Below, piece after piece: positions 40,821 to 54,954 of a DNA stretch of 64,000 nucleotides. The translations under genes were made by a program, and so were the position numbers. Position 1 is the stretch's first letter. Every line of letters starts with the position of its first letter. Origin of the DNA: Eledone cirrhosa (taxonomy: Eukaryota); contig OZ024741.1 in assembly GCA_964016885.1 (NCBI GenBank), forward strand, positions 251,720,001 to 251,784,000, in the 5' to 3' direction. The notes under the pieces are model-generated. The model was not told the DNA's origin, did no database searches, and was given only the letters and a program-made list of their open reading frames with translations.

Positions 40821-41702
40821 TCATCATCATCATCATCATCGTTTAACGTCCATCTTCCACGCTTACATGGGTTTGGACGGGAATTTTCCCACTTGAGGCA
40901 AGATTTGTTGTCCTGCTCGTATAGAACTGTCTGGCGGGTTTTCTACGGCTGGATGCCCTTCCTAACACCAACCACGTTTACAGTGTGGACTGGGAGGTTT
41001 TTACCGTGTTACCTACATGGCTACATTACAGCATGGACTGTGTGTTTTTTTGTCGCGACACCTACACGACCTCATTTGTTTCGGGCTGGATGTTGTGGTA
41101 CCAACATAACTTCACATTTAAGGGGGTGGTGTGGATGGGGTGGGGGGTAGTGGGACGTGGGTGTATTTTGTTAGAGGTGCCTACTGACTGTAGGTTTCGC
41201 TTCGTACTTAGGCAAGGCGGGTCTTCTGTATGACTGTGTAGCGCCAAAGATCTCGGTCCAGTGACATTGTCTTGGAGAGGTGTAAGTGTGTGAGGTCGGA
41301 ATTTATCAAGTCGTCGCAGGTTTTTCTGGGTCTACCTACTCCGTGGCTACCATCTATCTTTATTGGCCTGCACTTTTTTATACAGCTGTCATCTTTCATG
41401 CGCATCACGTGACCGTACCGACGTAGTCTTCTCTTGAGTAAACAACATCTGATACCTCTTATTCCTAATTTCTCCCTTAGTTCCTATATGCTTTGCCGTT
41501 CACGTATATTACTATTACACATCCAGCGGAGCATGCAAGCTTCGTTCCTCTCTAGTCTGCGTATATCCTCTGCACACAATGCCCAAGTCTCACAGCCATG
41601 TAACATTGCTGTTCGTATGCAGGCATTATACAGTCTGCCTTTCATTTTTAGAGAGAACACTTTAGCGGCCAATAGTGGTATAAGCTCGCTGAACTTTTTC
41701 CA
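40821..41702 (-). mobile_element. RTE LINE 3' fragment (same family as 22020-25248)
   Basis: High similarity, (GAT)n tail, and 5' junction in (TA)n. Confidence 0.9.
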
Positions 41703-42439
41703 TACATATATATATATACATATATATACATATATATATACATATATATATATATGACTTTGCTTCCAATGAATTATATCGTTGAAATTTTGTATTTTAA
41801 ACTTTGCTTCACGACATCTACATACGGATTACATTGAGTTCTTCATACGGCTTGGACCCTACCATTAATTGGTGGATATATCTGTGTATATATATATATA
41901 TATATAGATATATATATGTGTGTGTGTGTGTGTGTGCATATGTGTGTGTGTGTGTGTGGATGTATGTGTGTGGATGTATGTATATATGTGTGTGTGTATG
42001 TATAAATATATATGAGTGGATATATATGTATGTGTGTGTGTGGGAGGAGCCTTCAGTTGTGCCAAGGACATGACAACCTCCTTAGCGTTGGTGACTTACA
42101 TGATAAAACCACCCCAGTACACACTGTAAAGTGGTTGGTGTTAGGAATGGTATCCAGCCATAGAAAGCTTGCCCAACAAAAGGTTTGGGGGGACCCTTCA
42201 GATTGTGTGAAAGTCCTGACAATTTCTCTAGTGTTGATGCTATGATAAAATGCAATTGGTAGAATGTGGAACCGTATATGAGATGTCAGTAGAATGTGGA
42301 ACCGTATATGAGATCCAGCTTGTCTGGTAGGTCAGTGGCTCACTTTAGTATAGACATGGCCTGTGAAGACAGTTAAGGCTTTTCTAGCAGGAAAAGTGGT
42401 CATTGAATTAAATAATGATGATGATGGAATTTGAGGAGA

Positions 42440-42670
42440 AAAAGACTGCATTTCCAGGAAATGCCAGTGGAACGAAGTCGCAGTAGAAGGAGTCCAAGAA
42501 AGACATGTGCAGAGGTTGTGAGAGCTGACCTCAAATCACTGAAACTCATAGAAGCGATGACAACAGATCGTGACATGTGACATGTGGAGTGATACCATGC
42601 TGAGAAGGACCTGTCGAGTGTGACCATGCAAATGTGGAAAAGCAAATGTAAAAACGATTTTGATGATGTC
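42440..42670 (+). mobile_element. Old RTE 3' tip
   Basis: RSRRSPRKTCAEVVRADLKSLKL...AMTTDRD, followed by a GAT tail. Confidence 0.6.
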
Positions 42671-43144
42671 TTCTATAATGTTTTTGTAATAATTTTATAG
42701 AGAGTTTTTTAGAAATTCCATTGTAGTTGTGTAGTGTTGTCAAATATAGTATAGTGTACTATATAATACTGTAATATAGTGTAGTGTAGTATAGTATGAT
42801 ATAGTCTAATGGGATAAAATAGTGTGTAGTGTAGTGTGATGTGAGCTTTGCTTCAGCACACCCATGATCACAGACATTCCAGCTATGACTATCCTATCTT
42901 TAATTCAGCCATAGTATATTTCAAACTAATGCTCATTCTTCAGTGAAGGACCCTTTTTATTCAAATGAATTTTTCCAAGGACCTCCTGTGATAATTACTC
43001 CTCTACTAAATTTCTATAGAGCAAGAATATCAATTGAAAGAGAGAAATCTCTATACTTAGAAAAGAATGGATACCCAATAATCCTGGAGGCTCTGAAAAA
43101 GGTCATAGGAATTGTCGTTCACTCTTCAACTAAACAGTAAAAAA

Positions 43145-43305
43145 CAGCGCCATGCTTTGCAGCAAAGAGTTACGTCCCTTTGTGTTCTGAGTTCAAATCC
43201 CGCCGAGGTTAACTTTGCCTTTCATCCTTACGAGGGTCGATAAAATAAAGTAGAAGTAATGCACTGGGATAATTGCTGGCCTTGTGCCAAAGGTAGAAAC
43301 AATTA
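43145..43305 (+). mobile_element. SINE family N (another partial copy at 43616-43711, minus strand)
   Basis: B box plus Nin-like core. Confidence 0.8.
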
Positions 43306-43778
43306 TATGTATAACATTGATGAGGAAACCACATCTCAAGGAATTTTGTCATTTTAGGCAGTCTCCTCTTCCTCCTCCTCCCACCTTGTGAGACCAAACA
43401 AACTTATGGATGTTATCCCACCATCTTGCTCATAGTCTACCTCTGGGTTTGCTGTTGATTGGCTTTGCCCATAAAATCTGTTCTGTGATTCTTTTCCTTA
43501 GACTTTTTAACCCCATGTCCCTAGTTCTGGAGCAGTGGTCCCTCAATGTAGAGAAGTAGTGGCTCTACTTGGAGCAACTCCCTGATCTCTGAGTTACATT
43601 TTAGGCAGTTACTTGTTTCTACTTTAGGCACAAGGCCAGCAATTACCCAATGCATTACTGGTACTTTATTTTATCGACCCCGTAAGGATGAAAGGCAAAG
43701 TTAACCTTGGCAGTTACTGATTAAAATGAAAATTCTGCTACTTTTTCTTTTTTTAATAGCTTGGTCTGGTCTGAATGA

Positions 43779-43827
<49 letters not shown>

Positions 43828-44674
43828 CTGTGTGCGTGTGTGTGTATCATATATATCATTAAAGGCAGATTGGGAAATGGCCATTGGGAATTGACCACAG
43901 TTAAAAAAAGTATTCAATACGTTAGTAGAGTATAGATATCTTTATTTTATATAGAAATGACTTCTACATCATCATCATCATCATCATCATTTTTAGGTGA
44001 ACTTTTCTATGCTTGCATGGGTTGGACAGGACTTTTTGAGACAATATTTTACAGTTGGATACCAACCCTTTCAGTTACCTTTTATGATGTACAAGATGGT
44101 GTACCTAGTCTAAAAATTGTGATACACCAACCATATAGATAGATATCAACACTGTATCAACTTGCCCAGTGTGGGAAACGGGCCTGCCCACATAAGGGGA
44201 ACTACTCCTCCTACACTACCACCTTTTCCTCTCACTATTTTATATATACAAAAATCATGTTTGTCAAAATTGGACTCTAAAACAATGTGTATACAACTAG
44301 AAATATATGTAGAATTAATGGTTGTTCTTGCTTTTGTGTTGCAGAGTATATATTAGATGTGTTGTGTTGGCAGTGTGTATACTGAACATACATTTTGGTG
44401 AGGTAAGCGTTAACCTAATATATTCCTTTCATATACTGTACCGATTGTGTTGTTATTTCTGTTTACATTTTCCATTTATGGCTGTTTCCTCAGCCTCATT
44501 TTCTTATTTATTATATTTTGTTTTCAAATCCATATTTAATAAAAACAACATGTTTTATTCATTCTGATGATTGAATTTTTTCCCTTCTTCTTCGCCTGTT
44601 GTTTCCTCAGCCTCACTTTCATATTTCTTAGATTTTGTTTTCAAATCCATATTTAATAAAAACACCATGTTTTA

Positions 44675-44732
44675 TTCATTCTGATGACTGAAAACAGATA
44701 TATCTGCTTTCAAGAAACCACTGGTAAATGAA
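44675..44732 (+). ncRNA. Type I hammerhead ribozyme in a tandemly duplicated pLTR-like unit
   Basis: TTCATT-CTGATGA-C-TGAAA-A-CAGAT(AT)ATCTG-C-TTTCA-A-GAAA-CCA(C)TGG-TA^AATGAA. A preceding ~90-bp direct copy (44483-44575) breaks off just after CTGATGA. Confidence 0.8.
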
Positions 44733-44999
44733 ATAATTATCTTATGTTGTTCATTACATAACTACATATATATGTATGTAAAAGGTAAAGAGAAATAAGA
44801 AAACACATGATACAGTATATGGAAGGAATATATTAGTTTAATGCTTGAAATAACAGGAAGAGGGTCTTAATATTTCGGATGCTAGTTCTTCATCAGAAGA
44901 AATAAATGAGTACTTTAAGGGCACAGGCAGGGCGGAATGACTGGTGAGATGCAGGAGGTGTAATTAAGAAGAGAATATTGGAGGAAAGGTGATATATGT

Positions 45000-45988
45000 T
45001 GGGTGTTGTTGGTGAGGTGTATATATATATGTATGGGATGTACAGTATTGGTGTTGTTGGTGAGGTGTATATATATGGGATGTATGGTATTGGGTGTTGT
45101 TGGTGAGGTGTATATATATATTTATGGGATGTACGGTATTGGTGTTGTTGGTGAAGAGTATATATATATAGGATGTATAGTATTGCTGTTGTTGGTGAGG
45201 TGTATATATATGGCATGTATGGTATTGGTGTTGTTGGTGAGGTATATATATATATATATATGGGATGTATGATATTGGTGTTGTTGGTGAGGTGTATATA
45301 TATATATATGGGATGTATGATATTGGTGTTGTTGGTGAGGTGTATATATATATAGGATGTATAGTATTGGTGTTGTTGGTGAGGTGTACATATATATATA
45401 TATGTGATGTATGGTATTGGTGTTGTTGGTGAGGTGTATATATATATATATGTGTGATGTATGGTATTGGTGTTGTTGGTGAGGTGTATATATATATATA
45501 TGTGATGTATGGTATTGGTGTTGTTGGTGAGGTGTATATATATATATATGTGATGTACGGTATTGGTGTTGTTGGTGAGGTGTATATATATATATGTGTG
45601 ATGTATGGTATTGGTGTTGTAGGTGAGGTGTATATATATGTATATATGGGATGTATGATATTGGTGTTGTTGGTGAGGTGTATATATATATATATGGGAT
45701 GTATGGTATTGGTGTTGTTGGTGAGGTGTATATATATATATATATATATGTGGGATGTATGGTATTGGTGTTGTTGGTGAGGTGTATATATATATATATA
45801 TATATATGTGGGATGTATGGTATTGGTGTTGTTGGTGAGGTGTATATATATATATATGGGATGTATGATATTGGTGTTGTTGGTGAGGTGTATATATATA
45901 TATGTGATGTATAGTATTGGTGTTGTTGGTGAGGTGTATATATATATATATATATATGTGATGTATGGTATTGGTGTTGTTGGTGTGG

Positions 45989-46019
<31 letters not shown>

Positions 46020-46640
46020 TGTACGGTATTGGTGTTGTTGGTGAGGTGTATCTATATATATATATATATATGATGTATGGTATTGGTGTTGTTGGTGAGG
46101 TGTATATATATATATATATGTGATGTATAGTATTGGTGTTGTTGGTGAGGTGTATATATATATATATATATATGGGATGTATGGTATTGGTGTTGTTGGT
46201 GAGGTGTGTATATATATATATATGATGTATGGTATTGGTGTTGTTGGTGAGGTGTATATATATATATATATGTGATGTATAGTATTGGTGTTGTTGGTGA
46301 GGTGTATATATATATATATATATGGGATGTATGGTATTGGTGTTGTTGGTGAGGTGTATATATATATATATATGATGTATGGTATTGGTGTTGTTGGTGA
46401 GGTGTATATATATATATATATGTGATGTATAGTATTGGTGTTGTTGGTGAGGTGTATATATATATATATATATGGGATGTATGGTATTGGTGTTGTTGGT
46501 GAGGTGTATATATATATATATATGATGTATGGTATTGGTGTTGTTGGTGAGGTGTATATATATATATATATGATGTATGGTATTGGTGTTGTTGGTGAGG
46601 TGTATATATATATATATATATGATGAATGGTATTGGCGAA
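45000..46640. repeat. Minisatellite, unit ~45-55 bp: GATGTATGGTATTGGTGTTGTTGGTGAGGTG(TA)n
   Basis: More than 30 units with variable TA length. Confidence 0.9.
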
Positions 46641-47277
46641 GTATATGTTGAATGAGGGATGGTGAATAGGTATATATATTGGATGTGTAATGTTTGTGAA
46701 GTATATAAATTGGATGTATTGCATTGATTAAGTATATATTGGTTGTGTGGTGTCAGTGATGTGCGTATATTAAAGGTTTTTTGGTTATTTTTATATATAT
46801 ATATATATCTGTATATATATATAAAATATATACATACATAAAATATATATAAATGTGTGTGTGTGTGTATATATGTATATATACACTGATGCATGGTGCT
46901 GGTGAATATATATTATTCCATGTGGAATTGGTGAGGTATATATACTGGCAGGGTGGTGTTGGGGAGGTATATATATTGGATGAGTGGTATTGGTGAGGGG
47001 TATATATAATAGGTGTATGCAGATGATTATACAAGAATACAAAATTGTATCTGGTTTATAATTGAATTTCCATTTGAATTCAATTCTCTTCAGATTTTTT
47101 CTCTTCCACTGTTCTTGTTAACAAGCAATAAGGAATGAAAAACCACATATTCAAAAATACATGTGTATGTATATATATACATATATACATATATATAAAT
47201 ATATATATGTATATATGTATATGCAGGTAGAGAGAAATTAGATCGATATGTGTATATGTGTATAATTCAGGGAGATT

Positions 47278-47311
<34 letters not shown>

Positions 47312-47611
47312 AATCTCCCTGAATTTTATTTTTGAAAAGCTTAAGAACTGTGAAACTGGTAAAGTAAATAGATAAATATTCTTAAAAGACTCCAGTTTCA
47401 ATTTCTTTTCCTTATATATTATATATATATATATATATGTGTGTGAAGGCGTGTGGCTGAGTGGTTAGAGAATTGGATTCACAATCGTAGACACTTTATT
47501 TCACGTTGCTCCTTCTACCTGGAGTTGCGACCGATAGATAGTATTAGCAATTGGAAAGACCAACGGAAACATTGTTCCCTCGGTCCGATTTGACGAAAGT
47601 CGATCGTTCCT

Positions 47612-47645
<34 letters not shown>

Positions 47646-47720
47646 GGTTTGAGGTTCACCACTGGATAGTATATATATATATACACATACATAGGGAGAG
47701 AGAGAGAAATTAGATAGATA

Positions 47721-47755
<35 letters not shown>

Positions 47756-48327
47756 GCTTACATATATATACTTATATACATATACATACATATATATATA
47801 CATGTATGTATCTATATATATAAGAATATATATGCATCTATATATGGATGTTTATATATATATATATATAGAAATGAAGACTGATAGAAAAAGAAAAGAC
47901 TGAAAGACAAATATTCCTGCTCTCTGACTTCCAAGACTTTGTAATAAACAGAAGCCATTCTTACATGGAATAGTGCATGCCTACTTCAAAATATACTGCG
48001 GCACTAAAAACTTAGTGTCCATCCATTTTTTACCCTATTATTAAGATGGAAGCATATTGGCAGTCTTTAGAGCATCATATTAAACGTGTAGCAGCATTTA
48101 TTTCAGCTCTTTGCATTCTGTGTTTAAATTCCATTGAAATCAATTTTGCTTTTCATAGTTTCAGCAAAGATAAAGTACCAATCCAGGGAGCTGGACATGA
48201 TGCCTTGCACAACATTTGCAGCATAATTGAAGAGACATGCATGCGTGTGGGACTACAGCTCTTTCACAAAACACTTTGTCCATATTTCATGGCATTTTTT
48301 CCACATTCTACATTCTAATTTAGAAGA

Positions 48328-50446
48328 GGCTATGTAGCCAGTCCCAGTAAAATAGACTCCCAGGCTATTTAGCCGGTAAAAGTGTCAGACACCATGAGTG
48401 GCGGCCCGAGTTAAGACAATTGTTAAGGCAATTTGAAATCTTTTCCATCATCAATTATCAAAAAACTGGTTAAAATCATTTAGTCATCTTATAATTCTGC
48501 TTGAGTTTCATCCATTTGTAACGTATATTACACTTTAGTTACTTACACACACATCTACTGAGTTACATACACACACATCTACTGAGTTACAGACACACAC
48601 ATCTACTGAGTTACATATGCACACATCTACTGAGTTACATACGCACACATCTACTGAGTTACAGACACACACATCTACTGAGTTACAGACACACACATCT
48701 ACTGAGTTACAGACACACACATCTACTGAGTTACATATGCACGCATCTACTGAGTTACATATGCACACATCTACTGAGTTACAGACACACACATCTACTG
48801 AGTTACATATGCACACATCTACTGAGTTACATACGCACACATCTACTGAGTTACATATGCACACATCTACTGAGTTACATACACATACATCTACTGAGTT
48901 ACATACACATACATCTACTGAGTTACATACGCACACATCTACTGAGTTACAGACACACACATCTACTGAGTTACAGGCACACACATCTACTGAGTTACAT
49001 ACACACACATCTACTGAGTTACATACACATACATCTACTGAGTTACATACACATACATCTACTGAGTTACATACGCACACATCTACTGAGTTACAGACAC
49101 ACACATCTACTGAGTTACAGGCACACACATCTACTGAGTTACATACACACACATCTACTGAGTTACAGACACACACATCTACTGAGTTACAGACACACAC
49201 ATCTACTGAGTTACATACGCACACATCTACTGAGTTACAGGCACACACATCTACTGAGTTACATACACATACATCTACTGAGTTACATACGCACACATCT
49301 ACTGAGTTAGATACACACACATCTACTGAGTTACATACACATACATCTACTGAGTTACATACACATACATCTACTAAGTTACAGACACACACATCTACTG
49401 AGTTACATACACACACATCTACTGAGTTACATACGCACACATCTACTGAGTTACATACGCACACATCTACTGAGTTACAGACACACACATCTACTGAGTT
49501 ACAGACACACACATCTACTGAGTTACATATGCACACACATCTACTGAGTTACATACGCACACATCTACTGAGTTAGATACACACACATCTACTGAGTTAC
49601 ATACACATACATCTACTGAGTTACATACACACACATCTACTGAGTTACATACGCACACATCTACTGAGTTACATACACACACATCTACTGAGTTACAGAC
49701 ACACACATCTACTGAGTTACATACACATACATCTACTGAGTTACATACGCACACATCTACTGAGTTAGATACACACACATCTACTGAGTTACATACACAT
49801 ACATCTACTGAGTTACATACGCACACATCTACTGAGTTACATACATCTACTGAGTTACATACACACACATCTACTGAGTTACATACACACACATCTACTG
49901 AGTTACATACACACACATCTACTGAGTTACATACGCACACATCTACTGAGTTACATACGCACACATCTACTGAGTTACATACATCTACTGAGTTACATAC
50001 GCACACATCTACTGAGTTACATACACACACATCTACTGAGTTACATACGCACACATCTACTGAGTTACATACGCACACATCTACTGAGTTACATACACAC
50101 ACATCTACTGAGTTACATACGCACACATCTACTGAGTTACAGACACACACATCTACTGAGTTACATACGCACACATCTACTGAGTTACAGACACACACAT
50201 CTACTGACATCCATGGCTTAAGAATTTTAGCAGAGTCAAATATTTTCGAAATTAAGAATTTTAGCAGAAAGTCACAATCTGGCTTAAAGATAGTAGTTGT
50301 TACCTGGATTCTGAAATACTATTTGTTATTTAATGGTAAAATAAGCTTCCGGCACCCCCAACTAGAGTTGCGTCCCTTTAGCATTTACTGGTAAAATAAG
50401 CTTAAAAAGTATGTTTGTCTATTTTGCCGGGACCAGCTATGTAGCC
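48328..50446. mobile_element. Non-autonomous TIR element enclosing the 24-bp minisatellite
   Basis: Left end GGCTATGTAGCCAGTCCCAGTAAAATAGAC; right end reverse complement GGCTACATAGCTGGTCCCGGCAAAATAGAC (30 bp, 6 mismatches, all transitions). No clear TSD. Confidence 0.6.
48545..50208. repeat. 24-bp minisatellite (ACACATCTACTGAGTTACATACAC), about 69 units
   Basis: Seen directly; gives the 8-aa periodicity in the ORF track. Confidence 0.95.
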
Positions 50447-50789
50447 TATTCCTTCTAAGTTTAAATTCTGCCAAGTTCAACATTGTTTTTATTTATTTCA
50501 TGATAAATAAATAAAGTCCCAGTCTAGAAAAGTGGATTAGTGGAATTGTAGAAATATCAATGTGAATACCTTATTTCATTTTTTTCAGTCCTTTGTGTTC
50601 CGAGTCCACCTGTGATGGCCCTTGATTATAAATGTCAATATCTTGTATTATTTTTTTCAGCCCTTTGAATATTAATTGAACCAGTAATGTCACTGGTGAT
50701 AAACAATATTGGTTGGCCCTTGCCTATCAAACATCAATACTTTGTATTATTTTTTTCAACCCTTTGTATATACTAATTCTCTCTCTATC

Positions 50790-50824
<35 letters not shown>

Positions 50825-50959
50825 ATTTCTAGGTATATATATGTGATGTCACTAGTGCTAAATAGAACTGGCCCTTGTTTTTCCTTTGCACAACACTAAA
50901 TGACATATTAATAAGGAATGGAGTGCTGCTTTTTTAGGATTATGTCTTATAGAGAAGAT

Positions 50960-51199
50960 GACTCATAAGTAACCGGACAGTCCAACATTTAGATTCCAAA
51001 TGATAATATTTACTAAAGTCCTGGTCATACATTACGAAATTATCGATACATCAAACAAAAGTAGTTAAAAAAATAATTTAAAAAATAACTGCTCAAAAAC
51101 CTGATTTTGTTACTCAATACATTTTGAATCAGATGTTCAAAAAAGTTATCTGTGAACATTGCAGTAACAATTCATTGACTGCCCGGTTACTTATGACTC
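50960..51199. mobile_element. MITE-like remnant with 23-bp inverted ends
   Basis: GACTCATAAGTAACCGGACAGTC and GACTGCCCGGTTACTTATGACTC. Confidence 0.6.
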
Positions 51200-52723
51200 G
51201 TTAAAAACAGGATTGGTGCAAACAGTGGAGACTTCTGGTGTTCTTGGCCCTAGAACGACCCCCCTACACTCCACCATCAGCACGGAGTTGGCTACCTGCT
51301 GGTGTGAGCCTCACAAGCTGGAATGGTTCTTCCAACACGTCTCCCTCACCATTCCTTCTCTCATCTGACCACCAGGACTGCAGGGTGGCCAGCACATGGG
51401 TCTCCATTTGCTTATATTAGTGGGAGATGTGGAGAGCGAGAGATATAGAGTGAGTGAGTGAAAGTATTTTATTACATCATGTCGGATGTATGTCCTCTCT
51501 TCATAAAAGCATATAGATAAAGAAGACATTCTTGTTAGGTATGTAAAATGGGAGAAAATAAACTGAAAGTGAATTCGAGTGAAAGGAAAATACTGTCTTC
51601 AAATTTATCAAAGCAGGTTAAGAGTCAGACTGTCCTGTGGTCCCAGCAGACAGGATAGAGAAGACATTTTCCTGAAGACATTGTCCATTAAACTGTAGAG
51701 AAAGGTGCATGCTGTATGTATGAGAATTGATGACTCATAGAACCAGTAGTACAGCCGTTATACATGAATAAACAATAAAAAAACTATTGATAATGAAATG
51801 ATAAATAGCCACATTACCTTGTATCTGATTCTGGAACTTTATATTTTGGGATCAAATTCTTTCTGTGGTCCATTCTATGTTTCTTCTTTCCTTGGTTGAT
51901 AAATTAATGTACCAGTAAAATACTGGGTCAATGTAGTAGTTAGTTGACTGTTCCTTCACATGTCGTTTGTGGTCATGTTTCTATTTCAGAAACAGCATGA
52001 GATTCATGTGTGTGTATGTGTGTGAATGTGTGTGAACGTATGATTGTGTGCGATATGAGATACATGTGCGTGTGTGTATATCTGTGTATATGTGTGTGTG
52101 AATGTGTGTGAACATGTGAGTGTGTGTATGATTGTGTGTCATATGAGATTCATGTGTGTGTATCAGTATATGTATGTGTGTGAACATATGATTGTGTGTG
52201 ATATGAGATACATGTGTGTGTATCTGTGTATATTTGTGTGTGAACGTGTGTGAACGTGTGAGTGTGTGTATGATTGTGTGTCATATGAGATTCATGTGTG
52301 TGTATCAGTATATGTATGTGTGTGAATGTGTGTGAACGTATGATTGTGTGCGATATGAGATGCATGTGTGTGTGTATCTGTGTATATGTGTGTGTGAATG
52401 TGTGTGAACGTGTGAGTGTGTGTATGATTGTGTGTGTGTATGTGTGATCATGTGAATGTATATGTATGTGTGTGTGTGTGTGAGTGTGTGTGAGAGAGAT
52501 CATATGTACATGTGTGTGTGTGTGCATGCTTTTTATTCAGTTTGTGCATTTGTGCATGCATCATACTTGCATGTATGTATGCATTATGTATATGTATGTG
52601 TATATGTATCTGTGTATGTATGTATATATCTTGCAAGTATGTGCGTGTATGTGCATGCATGTGTATATGTGTGCATGTTTGAGTTTTACTGTGTGCGTGA
52701 ATGTCTGCATGTGTTATGATAAT

Positions 52724-52907
52724 TGTTTCTACTTTAGGCACAAGGCCAGCAATTACCCAGTTCATTACTGGTACTTTATTTTATCGACCCCGTAAGGATG
52801 AAAGGCAAAGTTAACCTCGGCGGGATTTGAACTCAGAATGGCAAGGGCCGTAACTCTATGCGTCAAAGCATGGCGTCCGACCCTCTACCAATACTGCCAA
52901 TCCACCG
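52724..52907 (-). mobile_element. SINE family N, full length, with TSD
   Basis: Flanked by the direct repeat TGCATGTGTTATGATAAT at about 52706-52723 and 52908-52925. Confidence 0.9.
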
Positions 52908-53889
52908 TGCATGTGTTATGATAATGCACAGCATTATGGGATATGTTTTTGTGGATGCTGTGGGATAGACTTGTGGGAAAGGTCCTACAGTGTATGTGTG
53001 TGAACGTGTCTTATGACAGTACATTACACCATGTGTGTGTGTGTGTGTGTGTGTGCATATGCATGTTTATGAGCATGTGTGTCTGTGTCTATGTGAGCTT
53101 GTGTGTATGTGCTTCTCTGTATGCATATATGTGCATATGAAATTGCATATGCATGTCTGGATATATGATATAATGACACATGTTGGTATTTGTGTGTGTA
53201 TGTATGTTTGAGTGTGTGTGTGTGTGTGTATGTGTATATGGAACATGTATTTTTGTGAACATGTGCATAGGTGTGCATGTGAAAGCATGTGTCAACATGT
53301 CTATGTGCATACATCTGATACATCAGTAAATGTAATGTACATATGAGTGCATGCATACATGTATGCGTGTATGTATGTATATAGGTAGTTAGGTAGGTTG
53401 GTATACATGTTTGTATGTATGTATGTTTATGTATGCAGGTATGTATGCGTGTGTGCGTATATATAGGTATATATGTGTATACATGTAACTGTGTGTGTAT
53501 GTATACATACATATGTATATATATATGTATGTATATATACATACGTATGTACCTTCCTTCCTAGATAAGGGTCCTTTACTGCGATGCACTGACATCCTAT
53601 CGTGGTTTCGGCACCCGAGTTGGAAGCTGAAAGAAAACAAAATTTGGTGAGATATTTCTGTTCTCCACCTCATCATCATCATCGTCATCATCACCACCAC
53701 CACCACCACCACCACCACCACCACTACCATCACCACCACCAGCACCACCAGCACAAGCACCAGCACCACCAGCACCACCACCATCACCACCAATACCAGC
53801 ACCACCTACAAAATCTATGGGTAATGGCCCCTTCCTCTATATGGAGCTGAATACTTTAACCATTAAACCATATACCTTCACTGATATAA

Positions 53890-54100
53890 AATAATAATGA
53901 AATTATTGTGTACAGTGCTCAGGTGCACTACAACTCATCAAAGGTGCATGTATAGTACATAGAATAATGTACAAATGTCAGGGAAATAAACAGTGTATGA
54001 GTCATGATATAATAACAATAACAATAATGAAATATTGTGCACAGTGCCCAGGTGCACCACAACCCATCAAAAAAGTGCATGTACAGTACATAGGGCAATA
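53890..54100 (-). repeat. Two tandem copies of a short retroelement 3' tip with (TTA)n tail; also at 20210-20288(+) and 59690-59735
   Basis: Shared AATGAAATTATTGTGTACAGTGCTCAGGTGCAC. Confidence 0.55.
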
Positions 54101-54517
54101 CACAAACATCAGTAAAATGAACAGTGCACGAGTCATGATACACACATGTGCATATTTGAGTTACTACTTGATAAATAAACATTGAGTACATGGAAGCTAC
54201 GAAAAGATTCAACAACAGAAACTTCTGGATGTCTTACAGCTTCCCTTCTTTCCTATTTTCCTTTCCGTTTTCATTTTTTTATACACAATCTGCCTCTCAT
54301 TGCTCTTCAGTATTTGAAATTTTTCTTGTTCTTCTCTTTTCTTTTTTCTTATCATTTTATCCCGTCTCATTAACTCTTTTTGTAAGGAGTACTCGATACT
54401 TCCCCTAATCTGTCATGGCTTACTAGCTCCATACGGACGTTTAAATTGATTAAATAAATAAATAAGATAGAAGGTTGTTAGAGAAATATTGCATTAGTTT
54501 ACAACACAGTGATATAA

Positions 54518-54954
54518 CCCTTTAGCATTTACATTACTCTATATATACTATTGTATTTTCACGGTAAAGGCTTTATCTTACATAATTATCTCACATAATA
54601 TCGAATCTACGATATTTTGATGTTATTTATTTTGAGAAGAATACCTTAACATCAGCATGAGCAGCCAGTTACAGCCAGTTTGAACAGAAAGAGGTGAGAG
54701 AATTCTAGCCGGATACAACTAAAGGGTTAACCCTTTAATTTTCAAACCGGCCAAAACCGGCCAGAATTCTCTACCTCTTTCTGTTGAAACTGGCTGTAAC
54801 TGGCCACTCATACTGATGTTAAGGTATTGTTCTCAAAATAAATACTTTCAAAATCTCATAGATTCGATGTTATGTGAGATAATTATGCGAGGTAAAGTCT
54901 TTACCATGAAAATATAATAGTATATATAGAGTAATGTAAATGCTAAAGGGTTAA
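54518..54954. mobile_element. Two piggyBac-type MITEs in inverted orientation sharing a TTAA
   Basis: (A)TAA-CCCTTTAG...CTAAAGGG-TTAA-CCCTTTAA...CTAAAGGG-TTAA. The two ~210-bp bodies are diverged reverse complements. Confidence 0.8.

Noticed and set aside
47265-47325. Palindrome AATTCAGGGAGATTAGA-(TA)n-TCTAATCTCCCTGAATT
   Set aside because: Real but short and centred on self-complementary (TA)n; explained by a local template switch or assembly, with no linked element.
45000-50208. CRISPR array interpretation of the two minisatellites
   Set aside because: The spacers are simple repeats or absent, there are no cas genes, and the context is eukaryotic.
48535-50210. Cys-rich (VCVCNSVD)n and (HTHTSTEL)n ORFs
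   Set aside because: A consequence of a 24-bp unit lacking stops in those frames; no evidence of coding.
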